Part shown: positions 13,201 through 25,119 of the stretch, in pieces
Layout of the letters: the number at the start of each line of letters is the position of its first letter
Position numbering within the stretch: the stretch's first letter is position 1
Assembly: GCA_965178125.1 (NCBI GenBank)
Contig: OZ237750.1
Location: forward strand, 1,116,001-1,172,468
DNA length: 56,468 nucleotides
Reading direction: 5' to 3'
From: Bilabrum cf. latius
Lineage: Eukaryota
Program-made: the position numbers and the translations under genes
The notes under the pieces: model-generated
What the model was told of the DNA's origin: nothing
Seen by the model: the letters and a program-made list of their open reading frames with translations, nothing else
Databases searched by the model: none

Positions 13201-14989
13201 GACTAGGGAGTCTGCGCGGCCTCAGTTTACGTGCTTGTCAGCCTGCTAGGGGTCGCCATCCGTCGTCCTCGGCGACTCTATGGGCGGGATTCATGTGCTG
13301 CGCGTGGACTGTGATGCGTATGCAACTCACTTGCTCGAGGCGAAGCGACGAGAATCCCGATCCACCGGAGAACAGAGCACGTAGGCATTGGATCCGATGC
13401 TCCGGGGGCTGATTGGTTCTGGACTGCTCGGTCCTTCGGACTCCTTTTCGCGTGGGTGCACACTGGAGGCCACCCTGTCCCATCCGCCTGGGCCCATGGC
13501 CAAAGGCTCGAACCCGGCGCAAGCGGTGCTGCGGTGCGATCCTGAGGCCCACGTACCATACCCAAAAGCGTCCGCATCAGCAGTGAAAGCCTGCATCCAA
13601 GTTGTGCTTGCCATGCGCGTTGCTGGCGAGGGCCCCGTCGTGTTCGTGCATCACGTATCTAGGCCGAATGTGTCGGCGGTGCTGTATGGGACGGCGGCCG
13701 GGGTGATCCGGTTATATTGTTTTCGCCGAGGAGGGCTTCTGTGGCAGCTGCAAGTGCCGCGATCATACGGCCGGTTGTCGCAAGCTGCGGTTGTGGAAGG
13801 GTCGGAAGGTGCTGCTTGTGTGGTCGGCAGCTCGTGTGGGGTGTTGCTTGCAATTGATCTTCGGCTTGGGTGCATATGCAAAGCGATGCGACTGTTTCGA
13901 CCGGCGCAGTCAGCCTCGGGGACCGGCTCAATTTGCTCGATAGCCTCTGTTCGCCCGTTTCTGTCCGTTGGGTTGCAGGAGGCTGGTCCATCCGGCAGCA
14001 TGAGCACCACGCTGTTCGCCCAGGTTGGTGTGTCAGCATGCGGCCGCAACGAGCAGGATCGCGTGGACGAGCTAGTCACGTTGAATATGGAATCCATGCG
14101 AGTAATTCGGGGATTCAGGCATTCCAGCGGCAGGTACGCACCTCTGGTTGCGACAGCGCTACCGACTAATTCGCTGGGACTCGCCTCTATTCAGACTAAT
14201 CCTGCACGCTCTGTGGCGAGCAAAGCTGGCTTTGAACATGCAAGCGCTGGGATTGGCGGGTACACTTAGGTGCTTTGGCCGCTAGCAGAACCTTCTCAAA
14301 CCGCGAGCCCTGCTCATCGACATCCTGGCGTGGGTATTAGGCCGGCAGCGTGCATGTCGATGCGCGGTCCAGGTGCTGCGATTCCTCGTCTGCCAGACCT
14401 GCTGAGAGCGTCTACTGCTCGGGTACAAAGCAACAGCTCCCATTTCGCCCAGAACGATGCTGTTAGTGGCGCCGCAAGTGCTCAGATCCGCTGCGATTCA
14501 GCCCGTGAGGAGGTGATGGAGGCCCATGAGAAGGAGTGGCTTTTCTGCACTGCAGGTCTGCCAGCGTGGAGTCTCGTTGCGGGCTCTGACGGACAGGTCG
14601 TCTGCGTTGACACGGTGGTTCCTGGGCGTTCGTTCGTGGTCTTCGGACGCCAAGAATCAGGGCGTCGTAAGAGTTTCACCAAGGTTAGACAGAAGCACCT
14701 GCTATTGAGACCGGTGCCGCCTCTGTCAATTACGTAGCAGTAGGCTACGCCAGGGTGGCACGACGACTCTTACACGTCAGGCAGCATTGAGTGCAGCTAC
14801 GATGTGGTGGTGCACGAGGACTCTGCCGCACCACCGGGGCCCGGATCGGACGCAAGGAGTGGTGGTCTCGATACAGCAGGCATGGCTGAGAGAGCAGCCG
14901 TCGGAGTCTCATGCATGGCATGGGCCATCATCCCCGAACAGGTTCTTCTTGTCGGTGGGACAGATGGGACGATACAGGTGCTTCGGTAA
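4286..14989 (+). CDS. VPS15: VPS15/PIK3R4 (class III PI3K regulatory pseudokinase, HEAT repeats, WD40); one reading frame of up to 3567 codons with about 30 in-frame TAG
   Basis: MGN myristoylation-type start; kinase motif HGDVKPENVLITSYGWVFIADWALHKP; HEAT region LPYLV..ARDESAMVR and LHPSNWVR; WD40 start RPRGVVLGRLLAH..SAGEDGTACVWD; C-terminal GTDGTIQVLR-TAA. All ORF fragments share one frame and are separated only by TAG. Confidence 0.9.
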
Positions 14990-15052
14990 CTGCGTCAAAA
15001 CGTACCCACATATTAGTGAATCGATTTTAATCGCATGCTTGCCAATTAGATG

Positions 15053-17004
15053 TCAATGTCCGTGCTCTTTGTCTACCCTACCCCTGCTGCGAGGCCCGGT
15101 CTCAAGAGCCGCAGCCCCGCCTGTGGCTGGGCCGGCCGTGCCAGCATCTGTGCCGGATGCGTGCCACCCTCTGCGGTTGCCAGCGTTTCCCTGCGGCGAT
15201 TCTGCCAGGGCCGCAGCATAGCTGCCAATGTGTGCGTCGCCAAGTCCCCCGCCCCCTGTGCTCGCGCCCACTCGAGCCGCTGTCGGCAGGCCATCCACGC
15301 CGGCAGCACCTGCTTCTGCAATTGCATTACGTAGTCGTGCAGCCGCGGCAGCTCGCTGCCTGACTCTCTCCACGATACTGCGCATGCTAGCGACGACATC
15401 TCCGCTGCCCTTGTCCATGGCACGCCGATATACCTCCAGGAATTCGCGACGGGCCACCTCCTTTGCAGGCTACTTGCCGGCCGCTCGGCTGCCATCCTCC
15501 TCCCCGCCGGCCGCTTCTTCCCCATGCGCCGAGAGAGAGACCCCTTGGGCCTTGGCCGTCTCCACGGCCCACTCGACGTAGTCGTCCTCGGTGATGTGTC
15601 CCTCGCCTGAGCCCAGCGACAGCAGGTACCTCTCGTCTCCGTCCATCGTCTCAGGTGCAGAGGCCTCGGAGGGGCGGGCGCCGACTGCCTCTTCGCCCCC
15701 GTCACTCTTGCCGTCTGTGGCCGAGCTTTCCTTCGACTGCAAGGCCGAGTCTTCGGCCAGCACTCCAGGAGTCTTCGCACCAGTCACGGTGGCGCCGCCA
15801 TCAACGCGGTGCACAAACAGCTCCAGTCGGAAGTGCTCATCAAACGCCTTGTGCTGCCGATCTTTGACGGCGTGATCGCATGCCCATTTGGAAAAGCTCA
15901 GGTAGTTCCGCTGGATGAATGCGGTATGGAACCAGAGGGAGGCCATCCGCTCGTCTTCCCCCACGTCCTGGTCCCAGAGCTCCAGCCTCATAGTGCCTTG
16001 GAGGAGGATTCCGTGTTTGCGGAGGTCGATAGTGCGGACACCTTCCTCGGTCGTGAAGTGCGGGATCTTGCGCTCGTGCTTCCGCTGGTCGTAAATCTCC
16101 AGGCCGTAGTACCGGTTGTTCGCGGTGAAGATTCTCAGGAACGGGTCACAACCGGTAAACGGATAATCAAAAGCAGGGGCAGTGCACTGCAAGAAATACA
16201 GAAAATAAATTAGGCTGTCGGTTAGCAGCGGGGAGAGAGTAATGGAGCCAGAAGAGACACTCAAAGATAGTGCAACAGAGCCAATCTCACGACCCGGACA
16301 GCAAGCAGTTGGTATGTCTTGGCGAACGAAGCTGCGATGTTCAGTGAACTGTCAAAAGGCGATCGCGTGCGGCGTTTAAAAAGACCACCAGATGCACTCA
16401 AGTTCGGATTTCCCCTGAGGATCTTACGACTGGTCAGATCCCGGACGCCCATGCGCAGGACTTGCTCGTAGTAGTGCACGAATCGAATTTGACTGGGAAT
16501 AGTCACGCCTTTTCCATCTAATGTTCTTCTTGATCCAAAGAAATGCAATGCTTCTGCGGCAGTTCTACAAGCACCCGAGTGCAAGAGATAGCAGGCGATT
16601 GCGGTGCCAGTCCTCCCTTTGCCAGCCTTGCAATGAACAGCAACCACATTGTGTGGATTCTAAAGCAGGAACTCATCAACACACAAACAAAACGCCCTAA
16701 TTAGCCTCAGTGGGGGCGCGTTGTGGTCGGCCCACGGGATTCGCTCGTTCGGGAAGCCACGCTCGATGGCTGCGGAGTATCCCTTTTCCGAGCACAGATT
16801 AATCACCAAGAAATGAGACGGGTGCCTCATATCGAAGAAGCGTTGCACGTCTTCGGCAGCGTTTCTATAGGAAGCTTCGAACCCTTCCGAAGGAAAGCCC
16901 ATGGCGATAATTCGCGGAGTAATGTACGCAAGGTCAAGGTCAAAGTGTCCTGGGTGAACAAATCGTTTCTTTTTTTTGCTTACTAGGCCTCGTACAAAAT
17001 CCAT
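15053..17004 (-). CDS. PTEN: PTEN-family phosphoinositide phosphatase with C2 domain; intron about 16187-16290
   Basis: [34 protein letters not shown], catalytic [24 protein letters not shown] and C2 WFHTAFI. In-frame TAG at 16660-16662 lies 7 codons before the catalytic HCKAGKGR, with another at 15470-15472; ends TGA. Confidence 0.92.
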
Positions 17005-17190
17005 GCTGCAAAGCCTATGTCTGGCTCTCGGTTCGATCGGGTCCGTTGACTCCGATTCCAGTTCTAGGTTCCGTTTGGTCATCATCACTGGCAGATAACT
17101 TGTGAAGTTGTAGTCGATTGGTCGCGACGGCTGGTCGCACCTCCAGCTATACTAAACAACACGCCAGTTCCCCTACGGTCGCTGTAGCAG

Positions 17191-18654
17191 TCACATGCGC
17201 AAAATACCCTGTACAACGGGGTGCAGCAACATGTCTGCAACGAAGTGGTGAATCGGCAGCCGAGACGGGGCCTCTTCGACAGCGAGGTGCTGCGGCTCCG
17301 ATTCACTGCGGCGCCTCCACACTGACAACCACCGACTAGATGGCTACGCTTCTGCCCAAACTGGAACACTATCTGTACCAGCGCTAGTATCAGCCTTCAC
17401 ACCTCCATGGCTGTGTGCTGCTGCACATGCAGGTTCCCCTGCACCTGCGCCTGCACCTGCACCTGCACCTGCACCTGCACCTGCACCTGCACCTGCACCT
17501 GCACCTGCACCTGCACCTGCACCTGCACCTGCTCCTGCTCCAGCACCTGCACCTACACTTCCACGCGCATATGCACCAGAAGCAGCGGTAGGCCGTCGCA
17601 CAGACTTGGCATTTACCCACACAGTTGCAAGCACCTCAGCATGCTGGGCTGCCCCGGGCACTGGTGCCAAAGTGACTGCACCAGCCCCCAGAGGAACTAT
17701 TGGGGTGCCGCTCGTTTCGGTTGACGGAACCGCGCTGGGGTCTGCTGCTGCCGCGCTGGGGTCTGCTGCTGCCACGCTGGGGTCTGCTGCTGCCACGCTG
17801 GGGTCAGCTGCTGCCACGCTGGGGTCTGCTGCTGCCGCGCTGGGGTCTGCTGCTGCCGCGCTGGGGTCTGCTGCTGCCGCACTTGAGTGGCTACTATCGC
17901 TGCTATGAGTAAAAATATCGCGAGATGATGCATCTGGCAGGTATGGGCAGGCCTCTGCATCTACGACGTACAGCACCATCTTGGACTCGCGGAAGTAGAC
18001 AGCCTAGGCCGATGGGCGGCGTGCTGCAGCGCGCATATGGTGAGCACCAGTGCACACTGGTCCAGCGGTTTTTTTCATAGGCCTAGGAGAGCACTATTCC
18101 TTCAGCCATCCCGCTAGCTTGCCTCGCTTTCCGGCGTGCAGCAGATGGCTCCCTGTCTCCTCGTCCCACTCGCGGGCAGCAGTGGCCCAAGGGCCTTCAT
18201 CATCAGCATCGCGCTTGCCTGCAGGAATCGACAGCGCAGCCCATAGCGACTTGCTGCGCTTGGATCGGCTCAGAGCTGCGAATTCTTTCTCCGGGATCGG
18301 ACTCTACAACGGCCCACACTTAGCCGCCCAGTGCCAGCTTGGTGCACGTGTCAAACCGCCAGGACCAACTGTAGATATGCTGCCAGGTGACTGAGTGACG
18401 TCCATTCCGCGGGCACGGCATTTGTGCACGCTCTTTAGTGAGTCTCTGTGCACATTTCCCCACTATCGAAGCTCCCACCCCAACAGCACTTGAGCGCTTG
18501 TCCTCGTCAACAATATACCGGCTGCCCGATACGCTTTCTAGTGATCATCATCAATATGATTCAGTTTTTGTGTTCTCGGCGAGTATAGCGCAGCTTTAAT
18601 TCTCGTCCCGTAGAATCGTCCCCGCTGCGCAACGCGATGGTGGAGGAAACACAT
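17191..18654 (-). CDS. Nudix hydrolase with repeat-expanded insertions (5' end uncertain)
   Basis: With TAG read through, the frame gives YRAAGILLTRTSAQVLLGWE...LSIPAGKRDADDEGPWATAAREWDEETG, a Nudix box. It continues into ORF 17344..17979 and ends at TGA 17191. The Nudix domain is absent from the supplied ORF track. Confidence 0.75.
17440..17552. repeat. (GCACCT)n hexamer microsatellite encoding poly-(GA) in the Nudix gene
   Basis: About 18 near-perfect GCACCT units are directly visible. Confidence 0.95.
17732..17880. repeat. 21-bp tandem repeat (about 7 copies) encoding AAADPS[A/V] in the Nudix gene
   Basis: The unit (G/A)CGCTGGGGTCTGCTGCTGCC is repeated in tandem. Confidence 0.95.
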
Positions 18655-19075
18655 CTTGTGAGTATCGCAGGAATCCACATTGAAGCTTCTGCAAGTACGA
18701 GCGGAATCACACCCTCATACTTGTAATCAATTGGTGTGCAAGCTCCGGCGAGCCTAGTTGCCAAAGCTAAGACTCCCTGGTTGACCGCAGACATGCTATC
18801 TCTCCATAGACGAGTTTTGCTTGTTCCAAGACGTCGTCAAGGGACTGTTTGTCTGGCATAACGGTTTCAAAAACGAAAACTTTATCCATTTGGTGTCGCA
18901 AGACCTGCAAGTATGAGTTTGGGCTGACTGCATTGGGCGCAGTTCCGGTTCCAGGTTCAACACGCCTGGCGGTGGCAGTTCATTTGGTTGGTTCTTTACC
19001 GTCAGGTTGAAGTTGGTACTTTCCAGGAAACTTACATGCATCGTGGTACGATGACTGAGAAGAAAGCGAGCCGAA

Positions 19076-20215
19076 TCATTGCGGAGGGTACTGGTACCCT
19101 TGCTGCTGCCCGCCTCCTTGCTGGGGCTGCTGCTGATAATACCCCTGCGCTTGCGGCTGCTGCTGATAGTAACCCTGTGCTTGGGGAGCCGCATACCCAC
19201 CCCCCATTCCTCCGTAAGCCCCAGCACCCATGGCTCCACCGGCTGGCATGCCTGCCGCCTATCCGTACCCACCCTGCTGCATGCCGCCGTACCCACCCGC
19301 GCCCTGCCCACCGTAAGCACCAGCCCCATAGACCCCTGCCCCAGCTCCAGCTCCCGCCCCATACCCCCCACCTCCTCCGTACCCACCGCCACCGTACCCA
19401 CCCCCGGGCGGCCCGCTGCGGATGCCCATCTGGGCCTCCTGCACCTTCTGCTGGATCATCTGCACGGCCATGGCGACCGCTGCCGGGGCGCCAGTCACGC
19501 GCACCATGCGCTCAGCGCCTGTGGGGTCCCTTGGGATCTGTATGGACGCGCCCGAACGCGCCTGCATGTCCTGCACCACGGAGCCCCCCCTCCCGATGAG
19601 CGCACCCACGGTATCGTTGGGCACTGGGACCGTCTGGCCGGGCACGTCTGCACCGGGCGCGCCGCCAGACTGCCTCGCCTCATCGGCAGCCAGCAGCCCG
19701 AATACCTCCTCCTGGGCGGCCTTGGCAGCCGCCTCTGTCGGGGCGGTGATGACTACAGTCCGGCTGGTTGGGTCGTCGGCGTCGGGCGCCCTGGGCACGT
19801 CCAGGTGCGCACCCGTCCTGTCCTGGATCCCGCGGATGGTGCGCCCCCCGCGCCCAATGACCAGTCCCGTCTTGTTGTCGGGGATCTTGCAACGAACGGA
19901 CGGGCCAGCCGTGACCCGGCCCGCGCCCGCGCCCCCGGCCTCCCCACCCTGGGCCATCATCTGCATCTTCTGCGAAACGAGCCCGTCAATCTCGGCCTTC
20001 GCTGCAGCCACGCCAGCCGCAGGGCCCGAGATAGTGACAGTCCTGGGGCGATCGGGCGCGGCCATGGGGTCCCTCGAGTCCTGGTCCACCTTGATGGTGC
20101 ACTGCGTGCGGGCCTGCAGAGCGCGGATGTTCTCACCACCACGACCGATCACGCTGCCGATTAGCGTGTTGGGCACCGCCATAACCTCCATTGCATCTGA
20201 CCCCGCGCCCACTGC

Positions 20216-20252
<37 letters not shown>

Positions 20253-20959
20253 GCACCGTACCCCATGCCACCGCTGGCGGCCCCCGTAGCTGAGGGTGGA
20301 GGGGCGAGCCCAAGGCCAGCAGCTGCCGCCTGCGCTGCTGCTCTGCCGGCTGCCAGAGGATCATGGGCCGGCGCTGGCGCTGTGGCTGTTGGTTGGCTTG
20401 CCCCAGACTCCAGTCGCGCAGCCTTTGCGGCGGAAGCATCTTCCGACTCGTCGGCACCCTCACGCGGCCTCTTGGCTCCCACCGCAGGGCCTCCTTCTTG
20501 GGCCTCTGAGGACTGTCCAGCCTTGGCAGCAAGTTGCTGCGCGAGCTGCTAAGCGCGCTATTTGGCTACCTCTGCCGCAGAGACATCTGCTGAAGATGAG
20601 GACGATTCGGAAGCCGGGGCGGCGGGAGCGTCTGAGCTGTCCACAGCTGCATTTCCATCCGCTGCAGCACCAGCGCCCTCTACTGGACGCTCAGTTGATG
20701 CATCTTCAGCAGATTCCTCCTTGGTCTGTCCTTCTGAGTCCTATTCGTTCCCATTGGCTGCTGCAGCTTCACCACCAGCATCAGGGGATTCAGAGACTGC
20801 CTCAGGGGCTGACCCGCTTGCGTCTTCCAACTATGCGTCCACGGTTATCCCTGGATCTTCTGGACTTACTTGGGATTGCCCTGTCGCAGTCTGCTGCTCC
20901 TCACCCTCGGCAACTGGTGCCTCTGTATTTTTCGGTTCCGAAGTCTCTGGCGCCGCCAT
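19076..20959 (-). CDS. FUBP/KHSRP-like RNA-binding protein with three KH domains
   Basis: Three GxxG KH motifs (IGSVIGRGGENI, TGLVIGRGGRTI, VGALIGRGGSVV). The N-terminal AK*RA*QLAQQLAAK resembles FUBP QRARQIAAK, and there is a G/Y/Q-rich tail. Five in-frame TAG; ends TGA. Confidence 0.85.
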
Positions 20960-21202
20960 GCTGCACAACTTGTACAGAATCTATGTATTCTCAGTTTACC
21001 ACAGAAAACCTCGTAAGCACCCCAAAAGAATAGTAATTATCGGACCAAAAATCTGATTCTATCTTTCGTTACGCGCCAATAAGGCCGCGACTGTTAAGGG
21101 AAGCTGTGCAATATATTAGCACGGTACAATCACTGCTCCAATCTGTATTACTACCCACGAACGAACATAATTCCTGTTTGCGTTTAAACCAGAGCATCAA
21201 GG

Positions 21203-21962
21203 ATGGTGAGATTAATCTGTAGTGGTTTCAACTGTATATCAATGCGCGCTATGTGCCTGTCATTGAACGAATCGGTTTTAATGGCTGCGGTGTGACCTTG
21301 CATCCTGCTGCTGCTTGCTGTCCGGCATCTCGCAGTCAATGGTAAAGAGCTCCAAGCTATTGAAGCTCATCAACTATAGGTTGAGGGTTACAATTAAGGA
21401 TGGCCGTCAATTGGTGGGAACTCTGCTGGCCTTCGATCGCCACATGAATCTTGTCCTGGGTGATTGCGAGGAGTAGAGGAAAACCCGGCAAAAAATAGCC
21501 GGATCAACGAAGGCTCTCGATTAGACCTTGAAGCGAATGCTCGGTCTCATACTTTTGCGGGGCGAGAACGTTGTGTGTATGCAGGTAGACTCGCCACCCC
21601 GCGGTAGAGTTGCGAAGTTGCCTGACAAGCCGGGCCCCGGCACGGCAAGGCCGGCTGGGCGGGGTGCTGGGGTTGGTTCAGTTGGTCCTGGAGCCCCGCC
21701 TGGCTTTGCTTCTAACGCAATGGGCATGCCTGCACCTGGACTGGGAGCCCCCATGCCCTCGGCGATGATGCCAATGGGCGGTGCTGGTAGGGGGGTACCG
21801 TCCACAGCAGCGGCACATGCCTCGTCAGCATAGGCTGGGCAGCCAGTTGGGGCCATGGGTGGAGCATCAGGGCAAGCCTTGGGTGCTGCTGCGCTTGCAC
21901 CAGGAGCACCGGCCGGGAACGGGAGCGCTGCGTCCTCAGCTATGCAGTCGGGGGTATCCTGA
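21203..21962 (+). CDS. SNRPB: Spliceosomal Sm protein B; exon 1 is ATG only, intron 21206-21335
   Basis: MSMVKSSKLLKLINYRLRVTIKDGRQLVGTLLAFDRHMNLVLGDCEE*RK...KRMLGLILLRGENVV followed by a G/P/M-rich tail. Three in-frame TAG; ends TGA. Confidence 0.93.
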
Positions 21963-22199
21963 CCCCACTTGAGGCCAAGAAATGTGATTTCCCTCTGATG
22001 TGCTACTGCCAGAGTGGTACTACATTATATTTACGTTTGATTGCGTGTTGTATCAGGGCCTTAGGCGCAGCCAACTGATCCAAGTAGTCTACCCCACTGG
22101 TTGGTCTTGCTCATAGTTTTACCCTACAAAACAAAATACAGATAAATGCAATGGGCATCAAGCTTCAGTCCGCGACACCACTAGCCCACTGCTGCACAA

Positions 22200-22789
22200 A
22201 TGGTAAGGTTTCGAGTCAATCTTCGGCCTATCGTATTCTTCTGAAATGCTTGGTTCGACCTAGAGGCATTTGAACACTAGTGATAGCTCGATATACGGCA
22301 CAAGAAAGTGATCAGTTTGGTGCTTCCCAAGCCACCCGCGAACAATTCGAGTTGTTTTGTCTTCGCAGTCTTACGCCAGATCTGCATCGGTTGTTGCTCG
22401 ATCAGCGGCTCGTGGAGCCCGCATGGCGCCTGCGCAAGTGCGCGGAGTTCAGAGGCGTTTCAGCAGCGAAAACCCAGGAGACGCTGGAGGTGAGCTCGCC
22501 AGGGCTCCACAATTCGGGTCAACCCATGCAATGCATAATTAATGATAAGCTTTTGCCAGTTTTGTTACCCTTAAGATTCGCAGAGACCACCAACATGTGG
22601 TGGAAGATCTCATTGGCGTCTGCCGCGGTTGTTGTTATTCCCACAACCGCCATCATGACTTACATCGAGGCAACACACCCCCATCACCCCAAGCAAATGT
22701 ACCCCCACATGGGTATTCGAGCGAAGCCATTCCCCTGGGGCAAGTGCGATGTGTTTGATGCAGCTTGCAAGAGCGGGGAGACGCACTGA
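22200..22789 (+). CDS. COX6A: Cytochrome c oxidase subunit 6A; exons about 22200-22202, 22369-22489 and 22584-22789
   Basis: R/A/S-rich presequence (..QRRFSSE), WWKISL plus a TM helix, then YPHMGIRAKPFPWG..VF. Introns GTAAGG..TTCGCAG and GTGAGC..TTCGCAG. Confidence 0.85.
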
Positions 22790-23151
22790 GCCATCGGACC
22801 TCACCAAGGAGTACTGGGGCGCCTGCAGCGAGTCTGGGTGTATGTGATAGGCCATGCGTGGCGTGGTATTTGGATTTGATTAGAGGTGCCGTGGATGTGG
22901 GCGAGGCTTGTGTAGCGGGTGCCCCCCAACTGTTTTTTCAGTTAGTATTGGCCAGACCGCACAAGTTGGCAAGTAGCAATCCCCCACCTTCTTGATACCC
23001 GGACAAATCAAATGCGTTATCGTCTTGCTAGCATCCTAGGCCAGCCTAAAGCATAGACTACTCCAGCCGAGATTCGGAATCAAAACTAAACCGCTGAAGG
23101 CTGTTTCTCGGCAAAATTCAAGATTCCTATCCTATCCGAGTGCCAAGTTTG

Positions 23152-24861
23152 ATGCTAAGTCGATTGCGCCGTGCCGTGCCAAGATCAATCCCGGCCGGCC
23201 GCCATCCAAACCTCAGCCGAAGTATCGCGGTGCTCTGTATCCAGTAGACGCCAGTAAACTGCAGTACCGGGCTTGCCAGGGGTTTCCCCCATCGCAAAAG
23301 GAGTATCGCATCAAGTGCCGCTGTGCTGAGAAGGAGGAACTCGCTCGGCGTTGGTAAAGCCGAACAGTACGGCGTGAGAGTTCCATGGCGTGGGATTGCG
23401 CTTGGAGTTGGAGGGCTTCTAATCATCGGAGGAGTTATCTGGCTCATATCTCCTCTTATTATTCCCGCATTGTGCATTGGCGCTTCTCTGTTTGCGATGC
23501 GCTGGCTTTTGCAAAGGTCCCCAGCGCGCGTTCAGAATTCTGTGGCTCGTGCACGCCATATTTTGTCTACCCAAGTTCGTCAAACCAACTCTAAGGTACG
23601 AGACAGTGCCTAGATGGCATATGTCAATTCCCTATGGAAAGAAGAAGTAGCAAAGCGGGTGGGAAGCAAAGTTGCTGCGGGTCTATACTTGGGCGAACTG
23701 CTCAAGAACGTCGGGATGGAAATTGCGCTGCAGCACGAATCGGTTGCGCGGGCTACTGGGGGTTAGCCAATTGGAATTGCATCAGCCTGGCATGACGACG
23801 CAGACGTGCGCGTGTATATCAAAGATGGTAGGCGAGTTGCCGACGTGTCCTTGCCAATGCCGGTGGCCGGAGCTGGCGACTGCCGACTTGAATACCGTGC
23901 TCTACTCGACGAGGTTGGGCCAGATGGGCTGATTGTATGGCCCACACCAGAGGAAGAAGCAAGCGGAGAGGAGTTCGGGGGCGCCTTTATGTCGATGGGC
24001 GAGGTGCGGCAGCATTCGACGGGTGGTGCGTCCAGTTCGCGAGCCAGTGATCGCGACGGCGGGCCCGAGGAGGTGCTCGACGTAGTGCGGGATAAAGGAC
24101 GGTCTGTGTACAAGTCGATCCAGAGCGCAGCTAGCTTTGCTGGCTGGGCGGGATCAGTGGGCGCTCGGCTAGCCTGGCGCTTGAGCCAAGTGGCTGCAGC
24201 AACAGCCACCGGATCACTGACTCCAAAGGACGGCGTGAATCTTGACGGGAGCGCCCCACCTACTCATGTGTCTGGGTATCCTGCAGTCCCAGTCTGGGTA
24301 GGCTCCGCGGTGGAGGCCATGCCCGAGATGGTGGTGCACGTGCAGAGCTGCGACGTGGTGCTGCCTGGTGGCAACCGAGTGGACGTCACGCAGTGGGCCT
24401 CGGGGGAGTACGTCGGGCACGAGCTGCTGGCAGACGCCTGGGAGGACGTGGACAGCGGGCTCGGTAGGGAGGCTCAGCGGGGTGAGGGTGCGCCGAACGG
24501 TGCGGATGGGGCTGGCGGCGGGCACCCGTTCGAGGGTCTCTCCGGGGACATGCGTGAGGCCCGCGACTAGACCTTGGCGCTGCTGCAGGATAAGCATCGA
24601 GAGAGACTGCTCCTGTACCGAGCGGCGGGGGGCGCGTGGCAGCCCAGGGACTAGGATGAAGCCCGCGCTGCCATCGTGCGGGCGCACGGCCGAGGTAGTC
24701 GGGGCAAACCGAAGGGGCAAAGGCAAGGGCATGGGCGCAGTGCTGGTGCGCGGGGAGGTGCATCGCAGCGGGCCATGGGGGCTGTAGGTGTGAGTGCTGA
24801 GCGCGTGGTGGATGCAGACTTTAGAGAAGTGCCATCACAGCAAGGGAGCGGCAGACAATGA
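23152..24861 (+). CDS. Hypothetical membrane protein, possibly mitochondrion-targeted
   Basis: MLSRLRRAVPRS presequence-like start and a TM segment (IALGVGGLLIIGGVIWLISPLII). ORFs 23323, 23806 and 24676 share one frame and are joined across TAGs; ends TGA. Confidence 0.65.
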
Positions 24862-25119
24862 CAAAAAAAAGTCGGGTGGTGTGCAACTGGAGGAGCAGAT
24901 CTGGAAATGATTGATGCACAGGCAACCAGTAATGCTAGTAAGCTGATGTGGCAACTACAAACGGATATTTTAACTACACCAAGGCCTCACTGCGCATGAA
25001 TTGGTGGTAGCCCCCCGGGACCTCATGTTGGTCGTCACGACATCCCAATAGCTGCATCGGCACACCCACACTCTGGCAGCACCAGCCAAGCACCAAGTGT
25101 TATCGCCATACCCACAGAC

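Noticed and set aside
4286-14989. Pyrrolysine insertion or programmed stop readthrough
   Set aside because: About 30 TAG in one gene with varied contexts, and TAG in nearly all genes, indicate full reassignment. No pyl genes are present and the genome is eukaryotic.
19079-20552. Long antisense ORFs over the KH gene and similar ones elsewhere
   Set aside because: These are shadow ORFs caused by high GC and codon bias on the coding strand.
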